A stretch of DNA of 64,000 nt from Vulcanimicrobiota bacterium (GTDB lineage Bacteria > Vulcanimicrobiota > Xenobia > Xenobiales > JADMJV01), in NCBI GenBank assembly GCA_050250895.1, contig JBFWNU010000003.1:288001-352000 (forward strand), in the 5' to 3' direction. The first letter of the stretch is position 1. Each line of letters begins with the position of its first letter. Both the position numbers and the translations under genes were made by a program. Of this stretch, positions 1 to 11,158 are shown piece by piece. The notes below the pieces were generated by a model that ran no database searches, was not told the DNA's origin, and was given only the letters and a program-made list of their open reading frames with translations.

Positions 1-123
1 CAGAGCCTGCTCCCCGCTGCCGGCGATACCCACCACCCGCAAACGAGGGTCCCGCTCGAGCCCGGCGCAAATGACGCCCCGCTGCACTGGACTGTCCTCG
101 ACCACCAGGATGTTGATGGTCAT
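1..123 (-). CDS. 5' part of a REC-domain chemotaxis protein, probably CheB/WspF methylesterase (truncated by window edge)
   Basis: Manual translation MTINILVVEDSPVQRGVICAGLERDPRLRVVGIAGSGEQAL; start overlaps the stop of the CheA-like gene. Confidence 0.7.
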   Translation of the reverse strand, partial: MTINILVVEDSPVQRGVICAGLERDPRLRVVGIAGSGEQAL

Positions 124-1949
124 AACAGCTCGGCCACCAGATCCAACATCTTCTTCTCTTCAAAGGCCTGTTTGGCCACGCAGCGGTCAGCCCCGATGGT
201 GAGCGCCTTGCGGAACGAGGCCGGGTCATCTTTCGAGGTGAGCAGGATGAACGGCAAGCTGCTCAGAGGGGGAGCCAGCGCTCGCAAGCGCTCGAGCAGT
301 CCGAGCCCATCCAAAACCGGCATCTGCAAGTCAGAGACGATCAGGTCCACCGACTCTTGCTCGAGCAACTCAAGTGCTTCTTGACCGTTGGCCGCCGACA
401 AGGTATGGTAGCCAGCTCGTCCCATCACCCCGAGGACGACCGAGCGCGTGGTCACCGAGTCGTCGACCACCAGAATGGTCGAGGAACGACCTGCCTCGGC
501 CGGCGGGGGGGAGGCTCCCACCCGAGTGCCGAGCTTGGCCAGGTCCAGCAGAAAGAGGGGCGCTCCGCCTCGGTGGGCCACCCCGCTTACGGCTGCCGGC
601 AAGCCCTCGATCTCGGGAATGGGGCTGATCACCAGCTGCCGATAACGACCGCACTCGGCCACCGAAGCCGTGGCCTGATGTTGAGGCTCGCGAATGTGGA
701 GCAGGTTGGTCTCGTTGCCAGCGACCTCTTCGTAACCCAGCAAGAAGCTGAGGCTGGGAGCCTGTTGCTCGCGATGATAGCTGACATGAGAAAGGCTGCG
801 GGCCAGCACGGCAAATTCCCGGCCGCCGCTGGTCACCAGTAATACTTCTTCATACTCCCAGGGAGCCGGTACCCTCAATTCAAAGCGCAGGCCCGCCTCG
901 AGCACTCGACAGACGATGTCGCCACCGAGCCGGCGCACGGCCTGACGCACCGCCGCCAACCCCAACCCCCGACCGGCGTCAAGGTCGCTGGCCAGTCGTG
1001 TGGTTACCCCCACCTCGAAGAGCCAACTGGCCATCTCGTCGGGGCTCAGGGACTCCCACTGGTCGGTGGACAGGTGGCCCAGCGCCACCACCCGTTCGCC
1101 CAGGCGGTCACGGGCCAGCCCGGCCCCATCGTCCTGCACCCAGACTTCCAGGCCCGATTGGCGGCGACGCACCCCGACCTCGATGCGGCCCGACGGCTCC
1201 TTGCCGGCCTGTTCGCGCTGCCGGGGCGGCTCCACGCCATGCACGATCGCGTTACTGACCAGGTGAAGCAGGACGGGGCGCAACTCGAGCATATGCTCGC
1301 GCAACACGAAGGTCGAGGGCACGTCGACGGCCAGGTCGACCTGTTTATGCTGCACTCCGGCGAGTTTATGGACCATCTCGGGCAGGCCGGCCAACAGTTC
1401 CTGGGCCTGGCGCAGGGTCAGCTGAAACGCCAGCTCTCCCAGTTCGTTTGTTTCGCGGGCCAAGCGCTGTTGAAAGTCCTGCCACAGCCGGCCTTCCATC
1501 AGGCCGGTCTCGGCCGCCAGCAGCCGCTCGCAACGAGTTTGCAGATCCTGCAGGTTGGTGGCCGACAGCAGTAGGGTCTGGGCCAGTTCCGGGGCCAACC
1601 GTCCGGAGCTAGCCACTGTTTCCTCCAGGCTCGTCGTTTGTTTGGGAGTGGGAGCGCGCTCCCCTTCGAGTTCATGGAGCTGGGCGCGCAGAGCTGTCAA
1701 GCGCGAGCGCTGGTGGGAAGGTTCCAGTCCGGGCAGAGCCAGCAACTCTTCCTCGAGTTGATGAATGTGCCTGGCCATCGCGTCTAACCCCAGTAGCCTG
1801 GCACTTCCCTTGAGCGTGTGCAGGTGCAGCGGAGCATCCCCCAGCGAGCGGCTGGTGGGAAACTGCTCGAGCACGCGAGCCACGGCTGCCAACACCTGCT
1901 GGCGCTCGCCGTCGAAGCTCTGTTGGAGACGCTCGAGGCGGTCGCTCAC
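120..1949 (-). CDS. CheA/WspE-like hybrid histidine kinase (Hpt-HATPase-CheW-REC)
   Basis: Hpt LHTLKGSARLLG, HATPase boxes (NAIVHG, DDGAG, GRGLGL), C-terminal REC (VVDDS...DLQMP). Confidence 0.9.
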   Translation of the reverse strand: MSDRLERLQQSFDGERQQVLAAVARVLEQFPTSRSLGDAPLHLHTLKGSARLLGLDAMARHIHQLEEELLALPGLEPSHQRSRLTALRAQLHELEGERAPTPKQTTSLEETVASSGRLAPELAQTLLLSATNLQDLQTRCERLLAAETGLMEGRLWQDFQQRLARETNELGELAFQLTLRQAQELLAGLPEMVHKLAGVQHKQVDLAVDVPSTFVLREHMLELRPVLLHLVSNAIVHGVEPPRQREQAGKEPSGRIEVGVRRRQSGLEVWVQDDGAGLARDRLGERVVALGHLSTDQWESLSPDEMASWLFEVGVTTRLASDLDAGRGLGLAAVRQAVRRLGGDIVCRVLEAGLRFELRVPAPWEYEEVLLVTSGGREFAVLARSLSHVSYHREQQAPSLSFLLGYEEVAGNETNLLHIREPQHQATASVAECGRYRQLVISPIPEIEGLPAAVSGVAHRGGAPLFLLDLAKLGTRVGASPPPAEAGRSSTILVVDDSVTTRSVVLGVMGRAGYHTLSAANGQEALELLEQESVDLIVSDLQMPVLDGLGLLERLRALAPPLSSLPFILLTSKDDPASFRKALTIGADRCVAKQAFEEKKMLDLVAELL

Positions 1950-2359
1950 AACAGTCCCTCCCAGTCGGCCAGGCGAGGCTGCCCACTATCCCCGAGCAGG
2001 TTCGGATCGAGCACTTCCAACCAGCTATCGGCCGAGACTTCGAGGGCCAGCGGGCGTTCCCTGAGCACCAGGTAGACGGCCGCCTGCGGCCTGGCCACGC
2101 CCACTAGATGCGACCAGGCGATGACGGGCAAGGGTCGCCGGTCAAACAGCAGGATGCCCACGCAAACGTGTCGGCCGAGGCGAGCACCCGTGGGGGTCGC
2201 CAGCAAAGGCCCGGCCAGAATGCGAGCGAACCCTGTTTCGGGAAAGGCCCAGGTTATGTCTTTCCAGCGGCTGAGCACATAGCGACGCTGTACGAGTTCG
2301 GACGACCGGTCGCGATTGGCCAACTGCTCGGCCCGTTGTTGTAACAACCGGCTATCCAT
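1946..2359 (-). CDS. CheW-like (WspD-like) coupling protein
   Basis: LLQQRAEQLA N-terminus and CheW-like GILLFDRRPLPVI; 4-nt overlaps within the che operon. Confidence 0.6.
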   Translation of the reverse strand: MDSRLLQQRAEQLANRDRSSELVQRRYVLSRWKDITWAFPETGFARILAGPLLATPTGARLGRHVCVGILLFDRRPLPVIAWSHLVGVARPQAAVYLVLRERPLALEVSADSWLEVLDPNLLGDSGQPRLADWEGLL

Positions 2360-3395
2360 GGGCCTCGTCCAAACGTTTTAGGGCCAGGGCGGCGGCGCCC
2401 CGTAGCTGCTGCCACGTCGAGTTCTGAGCCTGCAGGATTTGGTTGGTGTGTTGGTCGGGGGTCACATCCTCGGTGAGCAGGCGGTTCAGGCGCGTCCGCG
2501 CCTCGTCGGGCCGGCCCATCTCGAGCAACAACCGGCCGTGCAGAAAATGGCCCACCAGCATTCCTGGCTCGCCGCGCAGATAGTCCGACAGGAGTTGCTC
2601 GGCCAGTTCTAGCTCACCGCTCGAGTGGGCGGCCACGGCTGCATCAAAGCTATCACGACCGGGGCGAGCGGGGGGAAGCGGGGTAGGCAAAGTAAAGCTA
2701 GATTGCTTGCGATAGATGGCCAGGTCCGGCAGGGGAACCAGGTCCGGGTGGGCCAGCAGGGTGGCTTCAGGATAGCCCAGGACGAGATAGCCGCCCATTT
2801 CCAGGGCGTCGACCAGCAGGTTGATCACACGCCGGGCCGCGCTGGGCTCGAAGTAGATCAGTACGTTGCGACAGAGGATGATGTCAAACTCTGGACGCGG
2901 CTTGGGCGCCAACAGGTTTTCGACTTCGAAGTTGACCAACGAGCGAAGTTGGGGTTGCACTCGGGCTAGCTTGGGGTCGGCCTCGAGATAGCGCTCGGCC
3001 AGCTCAGCCGGAAGCCCGCGCAAAGCCGAGAGAGGGTAAACCCCGGCCCTGGCCGTCTCGATATTGCGCTCGACCAGGTCAGTGCCGAGGACCAGACCGT
3101 CGCGGCCCGCCTCGCGCAGGGCGATAGCCAGGCTGTAGGTTTCGGCTCCGGTCGAGCAGCCGGCCGACCAGACATGCGTCCCGATCCGGTCGCAAGCCCA
3201 GGCCCTGGTCAGAAATTCGAATTGTTGGGGGTGACGCCAGAAATGCGAGTGGGCGTTGAGCACGGTGCCGAGAGCCGAGCGCCAGCGCTCGGGACCCAGT
3301 CCCATCTTCTCGAGGTTTTGGTGCAGGTCCGACAGTTGCGAGGCGCTTAGACGCACCCCCGTGGCCCGGCTGATGACTTCGGCCAGGTCGTTCAT
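2352..3395 (-). CDS. CheR methyltransferase with C-terminal TPR (WspC-like)
   Basis: WSAGCSTGAETYS, FDIILCRNVLIYF, GGYLVLG motifs; helical TPR-like tail. Confidence 0.9.
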   Translation of the reverse strand: MNDLAEVISRATGVRLSASQLSDLHQNLEKMGLGPERWRSALGTVLNAHSHFWRHPQQFEFLTRAWACDRIGTHVWSAGCSTGAETYSLAIALREAGRDGLVLGTDLVERNIETARAGVYPLSALRGLPAELAERYLEADPKLARVQPQLRSLVNFEVENLLAPKPRPEFDIILCRNVLIYFEPSAARRVINLLVDALEMGGYLVLGYPEATLLAHPDLVPLPDLAIYRKQSSFTLPTPLPPARPGRDSFDAAVAAHSSGELELAEQLLSDYLRGEPGMLVGHFLHGRLLLEMGRPDEARTRLNRLLTEDVTPDQHTNQILQAQNSTWQQLRGAAALALKRLDEAHG

Positions 3396-3889
3396 GAAGG
3401 TTCGTCCTCGGCCAATAGCTCTTCGGCGACCCGTTCGCGCTGCTCGAGCTGATCCCGGCTTCGGGTGAGCAGCAACCGCTCTTTCTCGAGCAGCAGACGA
3501 GGCGTACTCAAGAGAAGGGCCGGCTCTTCACCGTGGCTTACGGTGGCCGCTTGAGCTCCCCCCTCGCCCCCCACGTTTTCCATGGGTAAGAGCGCCTCCC
3601 AGGTGACCGCGTCCACACACTCGACCCGCTCCAGGCGCAGACACGACTGGGGTTGACTCGAAAGCAGCAGCAGAGGATCGTTGAGTGACGGGGCCGGGGT
3701 CTCTAGACCGAGCAGGCTAGCCAGAGGCACTACCGGAACCCAGTTGCGACCGAGGCGAAACCACCCTTCGACCAGCGGCTTCGAGAGCTTGGTGGCGGTG
3801 AGGGTGGGCCTGAGCAACACCTCCTCGATCTCGGAGGCATAGAAGGCTACCCGCTGGCCGCCGCTGCGTCCGAACAGCAGGGGGATCAT
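3392..3889 (-). CDS. CheW-like coupling protein
   Basis: IEEVL...GWFRLGRNWVPVVPLASLLG CheW pattern; operon position. Confidence 0.75.
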   Translation of the reverse strand: MIPLLFGRSGGQRVAFYASEIEEVLLRPTLTATKLSKPLVEGWFRLGRNWVPVVPLASLLGLETPAPSLNDPLLLLSSQPQSCLRLERVECVDAVTWEALLPMENVGGEGGAQAATVSHGEEPALLLSTPRLLLEKERLLLTRSRDQLEQRERVAEELLAEDEPS

Positions 3890-5505
3890 CGACCCGCCTT
3901 ACGAGCCCAGGAGAGGGGTGCCCGCTCCAGGTCACCGCTGAGCTGGGTGAGCGACTCGGCCTCCTTCTCCAGGCGTCGACTACCCAACGACACCTGTTCA
4001 GAACTCTCGCGAATGTTGAGTAGAGCTTCTTCCACCTGGCGCAAGGCCAGGCTCTGTTGGCGGGTGGCCGCCACGATCTGTTGAAAAGCGTCGTCTCCGC
4101 GTTGGAGCACCTCGACCAGAGCTCGGATCGACTCGTCGGCGCGCGAGGCGTGGCGTTCGCCGGCCTCGACTCGCTTGACCGCTTCTTCGCTCAGCATCAC
4201 CACCCGGTGAATCTCGCCCCGGATCTCGTGGAGGATCTGATGGGCTTCGACGGTGGCCTCCTTCGAGCGGACCGCCAGACGTTGCATTTCGTTGGCCAGT
4301 ACTCCGAAGGGTTTGCCCTGGTCACCGGCGCTGGCCGCCAGCAAGGCAGCGTTGATCGAGAGGATGTTCGAGCGTTCGGCCAGTTCGTTGACCGAGAAGA
4401 CAATCTGCTCGACCTTCTCGGCCCGCTCGTTGAGGGCCACCGTAGTTTCGGCCATGGTTTCCACTCCCCGACGCACGGCCTGAGCAGCGTCGCTACTCTC
4501 TTGCACGGCCCGCAAGCCCCGGTTGCCCGAGGCCCGGATCTCGCGGGATTCGCCCCCGACCTCCGAGGCTTGTTGGGCGACCTGGGCGGCCGAGTGCGAC
4601 AACTCCTGAAGGGTGGTCGACATCTCTTGCACCCCGGCCGCTTGCTGAGTCACCGCGGCCGCCTGCTCGACGGCACTCTGGGACAGGGCCAGCGAGGTCT
4701 GGTGGACCTTCTTTTGGGCGTCCTCCGTCTGGGCGGCGGCTTCGATCAGGCCGTCAAGCATGCGGTTGAGCGAAGCGGTGAGGGCGCCCACTTCATCAAA
4801 AGCCTGGACCTCGAGCTTCTGCTCGGGAAAGCCGCCCTGGGCCACCAGGCCGGCCATTTCGACACAATCGGTCAGAGGCTCGAGCCGGCGCTTCACCTGC
4901 GAAAGCCAGACCAGGGCCAGAATGAACAAGCCCACTAAACCCGCCGCCAGAACGACTTCTAACAGACGAGTAGCCTGTTGAAAGTTCTTGCGGTGCTGCT
5001 CGACCAGCCCGTCTTCACTGGCGTCGCCCTGCTCGAGCAGGCTGTCGAGCTGAACCATCAGACTGTGACCCACGCCCTGCAACACTACAGCCTTCGCCTG
5101 CTCGGGTTGACCACTTTCATAGAGGCGCACGGAGTCGGCAAGTTCGCGTAGCTTGAGTTCGGACAGGCGGCGAATCTCGATTAGTCGCGACTTCTGGTCG
5201 CGGTCTACGACCAGTTGCTCACCTTCGCGAAAGAGTTCGTCGAGCTTTTGCCGCTCCTGGTCAAGATCGAGCCAGTAAGCGGTCTGGCCGGTGTAAAGAT
5301 AGCCCCGTTGGGCGCTCTCGATCGTGAGCAGCTCAGACTTGATCTTGCGAAAGACACCTCGGATCTGGGCCGAACGCATGGATTGCGCCAGCGCCTCGTT
5401 GGAGGCCATGATGGTCCACCCACAGGCAAGCGCCAGCAAGACCAGCACGGCCGAGAAATAGCCCAGTGTTTGCTTGGCGGAATCGTAGAGTGAGAGTGTC
5501 TTCAT
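3886..5505 (-). CDS. Methyl-accepting chemotaxis protein with CHASE3 sensor and HAMP
   Basis: Two TMs, [11 protein letters not shown] (CHASE3), DEVGALT (HAMP), [29 protein letters not shown] signalling hairpin. Confidence 0.9.
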   Translation of the reverse strand: MKTLSLYDSAKQTLGYFSAVLVLLALACGWTIMASNEALAQSMRSAQIRGVFRKIKSELLTIESAQRGYLYTGQTAYWLDLDQERQKLDELFREGEQLVVDRDQKSRLIEIRRLSELKLRELADSVRLYESGQPEQAKAVVLQGVGHSLMVQLDSLLEQGDASEDGLVEQHRKNFQQATRLLEVVLAAGLVGLFILALVWLSQVKRRLEPLTDCVEMAGLVAQGGFPEQKLEVQAFDEVGALTASLNRMLDGLIEAAAQTEDAQKKVHQTSLALSQSAVEQAAAVTQQAAGVQEMSTTLQELSHSAAQVAQQASEVGGESREIRASGNRGLRAVQESSDAAQAVRRGVETMAETTVALNERAEKVEQIVFSVNELAERSNILSINAALLAASAGDQGKPFGVLANEMQRLAVRSKEATVEAHQILHEIRGEIHRVVMLSEEAVKRVEAGERHASRADESIRALVEVLQRGDDAFQQIVAATRQQSLALRQVEEALLNIRESSEQVSLGSRRLEKEAESLTQLSGDLERAPLSWARKAGR

Positions 5506-7418
5506 TTCGCTCCTGTTCGAGTTCGGGCCAAGAGGCCCTCAATGGTTTCTAACAACAATTCAAAGCTGGGAGGCTTGACCAGGAAGGCGTTCATACCGAC
5601 ATCGGCGGCTTTCTCCTGGTCTTCAGGCAGGGTGCGGGCGGTAAGGGCCACGATAGGTACCCGAGGTCTGCGCTGGGCTTCTTCGGCCGTTCGGATGCGA
5701 CGGCAGGCCTCGAGGCCGTCGAGCCCCGGCATCTGCAGGTCCATCAAGATCAGGTCGCAAGGCTCGCGCGACTGCTTTTCAACCGCCTCCAGTCCGTCGC
5801 GCACCCAATCCACCTGGTAGCCCTCTCGCTCCAGACTGAGGCTCATCACCCGGCCGTTGATGGGATTGTCCTCAGCGATGAGGATGCGTTTGCCGGGTGC
5901 GGCCCGCCGTGGTCGGGCCACTTCTTGCGAACTCTCGACGGTGCAGGTTGCTGCGGCCAGCTCGCGCAAACCCCAGCTGGTGGGCAGCCCACGCACCAGA
6001 CGGGAATGCTCTTGACCCTCCATCACCAACTCGTCGTCCTGCAGCCGCAGTGTGGCCGGCCCGCTCGCGCCCGGGCCCAGCAAACGATGGACGAAGTCGC
6101 GTAGTTTTCCCGAAGGGAGGTCCAGGTTGGGGGCCGGCAGTGCCGGCTCTGGCTCAGAGCGCCGCTGAGCCGGAATCGTCAACACAAAGGTGGAGCCCTC
6201 CCCGAGCTGGCTGGTCAGACTGAGCTGGCCGCCCAGTAGCTGGGCCAGTTGCAAAGAGATGGCCAGACCCAGCCCGGTGCCTCCGCGCGGCCGGTGGAAC
6301 GAGTCATCCACCTGGCGAAACTCTTCAAAGATTCTCTCTCGGGATTCTTCGGGCACTCCACATCCGGTGTCCTCCACGGCAAACTCGAGGCCGCCCTCGG
6401 GGGTCACCCGCGCACTTAGCAAGACGTGGCCGCTGGTGGTGAACTTTAGAGCGTTGCCCAGAAGGTTGATCAGAATCTGACGGATCAGGGCCGGGTCTGA
6501 CTCCCACTGGTCAGCCAGCCCCGCCTCGAGGCAGGCCCCCACCAACACCTCCTGGTAGTCAAGATCCCGCTGAAAGGGCGCAATCGACTGGTCGAGCAGG
6601 CCGCGCAAGCTGAAGGTGCGAGGGTTGGGCTCGAGCTTATGGGCGGCCAGCTTCGAGAAATCGAGCACATTGTTGATTACGTCCAGCAGATTCTCGGCGC
6701 TGCGGTGGATGTTAGCCACCGATTGCCGGGTCTCTTGGCCGAGTTCCTCGTCCTCGAGCAGCAACCGCGAGATGCCCAGGACACCGGTCATGGGGGTGCG
6801 GATCTCATGCGAGATATTGGCGAGAAAGATGTCTTTGGCGCGGTTGGCCTCTTCCGCCTGGGCCCGCGCCGTCTGCAGTTCCTGGTTGCGTTGGGACAAC
6901 TTCTGATTGGTCTGCTCGGCCCGGCGCAGCTCTTCTTGGAGACGCGCCTCCAGGCCCAGAATGCGTTGCGGCACCCTCAGGAGCAACTCGAGTTCGGCAC
7001 TATCGAGGGTCTTGGATAAGAATGCATCGGCCCCCGCGCGGAGGGCCTCGATGTGCTCTTCCTGGCCGGTGCGGGCCGTCATGACGATCAAGTAGAGGTG
7101 GGCCTGAGCAGTGGAGCGGCGCACCCATCGACACAGGTCCAGGCCCGTCATGTTAGGCATCACCCAGTCGGTGATGACGGCATGCAGGTCGTCGCGCCCA
7201 TTCAGGGCGGCCATGGCCTCAATAGCCGAAGCACAGGTGGTCACCTGATGCCCCCACTCTCTGAGTAAATCGGCCAAAGCCTCGCGCGAGCCTCGGTGAT
7301 CGTCCACCAGCAACAGGTTCAAGTGGGGAAGTCGGTGCATCAGGTGCGTACAGGCAGGGTCAGGCGCCGGCGGGCGCGTCACTCTATTCTCCTCGTCATA
7401 CAGCTCAGCATATGCCAA
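5502..7418 (-). CDS. Hybrid sensor histidine kinase (REC-HisKA-HATPase-REC)
   Basis: [14 protein letters not shown]-box, NALKFT, DTGCG, GGTGLGL; N- and C-terminal REC; true start may be slightly downstream. Confidence 0.9.
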   Translation of the reverse strand: MAYAELYDEENRVTRPPAPDPACTHLMHRLPHLNLLLVDDHRGSREALADLLREWGHQVTTCASAIEAMAALNGRDDLHAVITDWVMPNMTGLDLCRWVRRSTAQAHLYLIVMTARTGQEEHIEALRAGADAFLSKTLDSAELELLLRVPQRILGLEARLQEELRRAEQTNQKLSQRNQELQTARAQAEEANRAKDIFLANISHEIRTPMTGVLGISRLLLEDEELGQETRQSVANIHRSAENLLDVINNVLDFSKLAAHKLEPNPRTFSLRGLLDQSIAPFQRDLDYQEVLVGACLEAGLADQWESDPALIRQILINLLGNALKFTTSGHVLLSARVTPEGGLEFAVEDTGCGVPEESRERIFEEFRQVDDSFHRPRGGTGLGLAISLQLAQLLGGQLSLTSQLGEGSTFVLTIPAQRRSEPEPALPAPNLDLPSGKLRDFVHRLLGPGASGPATLRLQDDELVMEGQEHSRLVRGLPTSWGLRELAAATCTVESSQEVARPRRAAPGKRILIAEDNPINGRVMSLSLEREGYQVDWVRDGLEAVEKQSREPCDLILMDLQMPGLDGLEACRRIRTAEEAQRRPRVPIVALTARTLPEDQEKAADVGMNAFLVKPPSFELLLETIEGLLARTRTGAK

Positions 7419-7609
7419 AGCCCCCCCCGGTCCGGCCCATCATAACACTGGTCCTTGAGCCAGCCTATGTCCGGTTTTGATACACCCCCCCTATCCCAGG
7501 GGATGGGGTCGGGATAGTCGGACCGGTGGGATGCCCCGGGCGGGGCTGCCGGGATGTGCCAGGGCTAACCCGGTTCGCCTAGGATGAGGAGTGAAAGGCG
7601 GTATTTCGC

Positions 7610-8851
7610 ATGCAAAAGCTTCACGTAGCAATGTTCTCGAATGTCTACGCCCCGGTTGTCAACGGCGTGGCCACCTCGGTCAAATCGTTCCGGGAAGGGC
7701 TCGAAGAGTTGGGGCATCAGGTCTACATCTTTGCTCCCGGGGGCGACACAGAGCATGAGGAGCGATTCGTCTTCCACTATCCCGCCATCGAACTGCCGAT
7801 GCAGAAATATCCGTTGGCCGTGCCGGTCTCGACCCTGGCCGACCAGGTCTTTCCCGTGCTCAAACCCGACATCATCCACGCCCACCACCCCGCGCTGTTG
7901 GGGCGAGCGGCAGCGCGTAAGTCGGAAGAGTACGGCATTCCCTTCGTCTTTACCTATCACACCCGCTATCATGACTACGCGCACTACGCCGAGCCCTTTC
8001 CTAAAGACCGGATCAAGGAATTGATCACCCACTGGCTGGGGCATTTCATGACCAGCTGCCACCGCCTGATCGTGCCCAGCCAGAGTATCAAAGAACTGGT
8101 GGCTGAGACCTACGGGGTCGATCGCAACGTGTCGGTCGTAGCCACCGGCATCGATTTCGAGCGCTTCGGTCGAGCCGAATCCCGACGACAGTCGCTGGGG
8201 TGGAAGGAGGATGAAGTCATCCTGATCAGTGCCGGCCGGCTGGCGCGCGAGAAGAATTTCGACCTGCTGATCGAGGCTTTCTCCAGGCTACCGCGAGAGC
8301 TAGGCGCTCGCCTGGTGATCCTGGGCGAGGGGGACCACCGACCGGTGCTCGAGCAATTGGCCGAGCAACTGGGCGTGGCCGACCGCGTCGATTTATTAGG
8401 GCTGGTGCCGTTCGACCAGATGCCCCACTATCTGAGTTCGGCTGACCTGTTCTGCTTTGCCTCGGTGACCGAGACCCAGGGGCTGGTCACGCTGGAGGCC
8501 ATGGCCACGGGTCTGCCCGTCGCCGCTGTCGAGGCTTCCGGCACCAGTGACGTGGTCGACTCCGGCGTCGAGGGGCTCTTGACTGAAGTCGACGCCTCGG
8601 CGCTGGCTCAAGCCATGGAACGGCTCGTGCGCAGTCGGGAGCTGCGCCACGTCTACGCCGAGGCCGCTCGCAGCAAGGCTCGCCAGTACGACCATCTAGC
8701 CCAGGCCCAGAAGCTGACCGACGTCTATCTGCAGGCTCGGGAGGACTGCCTGAGCGGTCGACGCTTGCAGGTCGAGCTGCAGAGCCACTGGGAGGCCTTC
8801 GTGGACTTCTTCCGGGGCCCGGTAGCCACCCCTGAACGACGAGCATCGTGA
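7610..8851 (+). CDS. Glycosyltransferase family 4 (diacylglycerol glucosyltransferase-like)
   Basis: YAPVVNGVATS, TYHTRY, GRLAREKN, ETQGLVTLEAMATGLPV. Confidence 0.9.
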   Translation: MQKLHVAMFSNVYAPVVNGVATSVKSFREGLEELGHQVYIFAPGGDTEHEERFVFHYPAIELPMQKYPLAVPVSTLADQVFPVLKPDIIHAHHPALLGRAAARKSEEYGIPFVFTYHTRYHDYAHYAEPFPKDRIKELITHWLGHFMTSCHRLIVPSQSIKELVAETYGVDRNVSVVATGIDFERFGRAESRRQSLGWKEDEVILISAGRLAREKNFDLLIEAFSRLPRELGARLVILGEGDHRPVLEQLAEQLGVADRVDLLGLVPFDQMPHYLSSADLFCFASVTETQGLVTLEAMATGLPVAAVEASGTSDVVDSGVEGLLTEVDASALAQAMERLVRSRELRHVYAEAARSKARQYDHLAQAQKLTDVYLQAREDCLSGRRLQVELQSHWEAFVDFFRGPVATPERRAS

Positions 8852-8965
8852 CCGCTTGCCGCCGGATACCATCCGGTGGGATGGGGGTGATTGGTCCCCC
8901 GGTGCCGTGTTCTCGAAGCCAGCCCAGCCTATGCTAAGGACAACCAACGAAGGAGAGGACTCAGA

Positions 8966-9343
8966 ATGAAAAGACTGACGATGATGTCCGCTGTGGTAGC
9001 CCTGCTCCTGGGAGTCTACGCGACCACCTATTCGCGGCCGGCCGAGGCCCAGATTTTACTGGTGACCGGTAAATACCGGATTGTATCGGTGGACGAGGGC
9101 GAGCGCCGCTTTGGAGTGGCCCTGCCCGAAGACGATCCCCAGGTTCGCCAAAACTGGATCTACATCGACAACGATACCAAGATGGTGGTGCGAACCTACG
9201 CCGCCAACGGCTACTTCAAGGACGAATTCATTACCGAAGAAGGCATGTACGACGTGCTTCGTAACCATCGCGGCGATGTCATCCGAATTCACGGAGGACG
9301 CGACTGGGACGGTTCGATCGACGCCAAGAAGATCTGGATGTAA
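8966..9343 (+). CDS. Hypothetical exported protein
   Basis: ATG after AGGAGAGG RBS; signal peptide ending AEA; typical codon usage. Confidence 0.7.
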   Translation: MKRLTMMSAVVALLLGVYATTYSRPAEAQILLVTGKYRIVSVDEGERRFGVALPEDDPQVRQNWIYIDNDTKMVVRTYAANGYFKDEFITEEGMYDVLRNHRGDVIRIHGGRDWDGSIDAKKIWM

Positions 9344-9349
9344 AGCTGC

Positions 9350-11158
9350 GTGAGCGAACACTCGTTGCTCGCATTTGCGGGCATCTTTGCCCTTGGCGTA
9401 GGAGCTCAGTGGTTCGCCCACCTGACCAGGCGGCCAGCAATCTTGATGCTGCTGGCCGCCGGGCTGTTGGCCGGACCCGTTTTCGGGCTCCTCAATCCTG
9501 ACGACCTGTTCGGCGACTTCTTGTTGCCCTTCGTATCCCTGGCTGTGGCGGTCATTCTCTTTGAGGGCGGCCTATCGTTGCGCTTGAGCGATCTGGGCGA
9601 CCCGGAGGTCCGCAACAGCGTGACTTCGATGGTTCTGCTCGGCTCGCTGGTCACCTTGACGCTGGTATCGCTGAGCGCCTACTGGTTGCTGGGATTCGAG
9701 CCAGAACTAGCCATTCTGCTGGGAGCAATCCTGGTGGTGACGGGGCCGACCGTGATCGTGCCCTTGCTGCGGCAGTTGCGACTGCGCGGCCGCGTGGGGC
9801 CGATTTTGCGCTGGGAAGGGATGATGAACGACCCGCTGGGAGCCATCCTGGCCCTGCTTGTCTTTGAAGGCATCCTCACCGGTGACCTGCTGCAAGCCCG
9901 CACTATCGCGGTGGCCGGCATGGTCCGCGCCCTATTGGTGGGAGCGGTGGGAGCGATTGTTTTCGCGCGCGCCCTGCGGGTGGCCCTGGTCCGCTTCTGG
10001 ATGCCCGACCATCTGCGAGCTCCGGTGGCCCTGATGATGGCTCTCACTCTGTTCGGACTGTGCGACCTGTTCCAGGCCGAGTCGGGACTGGTGGCCGTGA
10101 CCCTGATGGGAGTGCTGCTGGCCAACGACGAGAAGGTCGAAGTAGGCTCGATTCTCGAGTTCAAAGAGACGCTCAGCGTGCTCTTGATCTCGGTCTTGTT
10201 CATCCTGCTTTCGGCCCGGGTGACCCGCGAATCGCTGCTTAGCTATAGCGGCCAGTCGCTGGTGTTCGTGGCCGTGGTGGTCCTGGCCGTCCGACCCCTG
10301 GCGGTCTTCGTGTCCACCGTGAGGACCGGACTCGATTATCGCGACAAGCTGTTGCTCTCGGTCCTCGGACCCCGAGGTATCGTGGCCGCGGCCGTCTCGT
10401 CGGTGTTTGCGCTCCGGCTGGAAGCCGAGGGATTTCCCCGAGCGGCCGAGTTGATGACGATGACTTTCCTGGTCATCGCCGTCACGGTGGCGTGCGCTGG
10501 TCTCGCCGGACCGATCGTGGCTCGCTGCTTTGGGCTAAGCGAGGATCAGGTGGACGGCTTGCTGCTGGTGGGTGCCCATTTGCCAGCGCGCGAGATAGCT
10601 TCTCAGGTGGCCAGCCGCGGCTCGCGGGTGCTACTGGTCGACACCAATCCGGCCAACGTGGCCACGGCTCGACTGGCGGGTCTCGAGGCGGTGCGAGGCA
10701 ATGTGCTGACCCGAGACCTGCGCGAACGGCTCGATATGCGAGGCATCGGGCATGTGCTGGCTTTGACCCCAAACGACGAGGTCAACACCCTGGTGGCGGC
10801 CATTTACGAACGGGAATTTGAACGCTCCCGGGTCTTTCGCCTGACCGGCACCTTGAACGGTCCGGGCCGGGCGCTACATCAAGAATTGTCTTTCCGCCGT
10901 CTCGACGAGCTGTGGAAAGAGGGCTGGCGGCCGTTCTGGTCGGCCTGGCCCGAAGGGGCCGCCAAAGGCGCAGTGGCTCTGGTCTATCGCGATGACGATG
11001 GCCGGATGCACTGGCTTGGTCCCGAGCTGACCAGCAACCTCAAAGAGGGGACGGAGGTGCTGGCACTTGCTCCCCCTCGACCCGATCCGGTGATCCCGCC
11101 GGAGCGGATAGACTATACACCCCGGCTAGTAGCCGCGGGGAACGGAGAGAAGAACTGA
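9350..11158 (+). CDS. CPA1-family cation:proton antiporter with TrkA-N-like domain
   Basis: ILFEGGL, VTGPTVI, WEGMMNDPLG, GPRGIVAAAVSS; ~12 TMs then Rossmann-like domain. Confidence 0.9.
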   Translation: MSEHSLLAFAGIFALGVGAQWFAHLTRRPAILMLLAAGLLAGPVFGLLNPDDLFGDFLLPFVSLAVAVILFEGGLSLRLSDLGDPEVRNSVTSMVLLGSLVTLTLVSLSAYWLLGFEPELAILLGAILVVTGPTVIVPLLRQLRLRGRVGPILRWEGMMNDPLGAILALLVFEGILTGDLLQARTIAVAGMVRALLVGAVGAIVFARALRVALVRFWMPDHLRAPVALMMALTLFGLCDLFQAESGLVAVTLMGVLLANDEKVEVGSILEFKETLSVLLISVLFILLSARVTRESLLSYSGQSLVFVAVVVLAVRPLAVFVSTVRTGLDYRDKLLLSVLGPRGIVAAAVSSVFALRLEAEGFPRAAELMTMTFLVIAVTVACAGLAGPIVARCFGLSEDQVDGLLLVGAHLPAREIASQVASRGSRVLLVDTNPANVATARLAGLEAVRGNVLTRDLRERLDMRGIGHVLALTPNDEVNTLVAAIYEREFERSRVFRLTGTLNGPGRALHQELSFRRLDELWKEGWRPFWSAWPEGAAKGAVALVYRDDDGRMHWLGPELTSNLKEGTEVLALAPPRPDPVIPPERIDYTPRLVAAGNGEKN

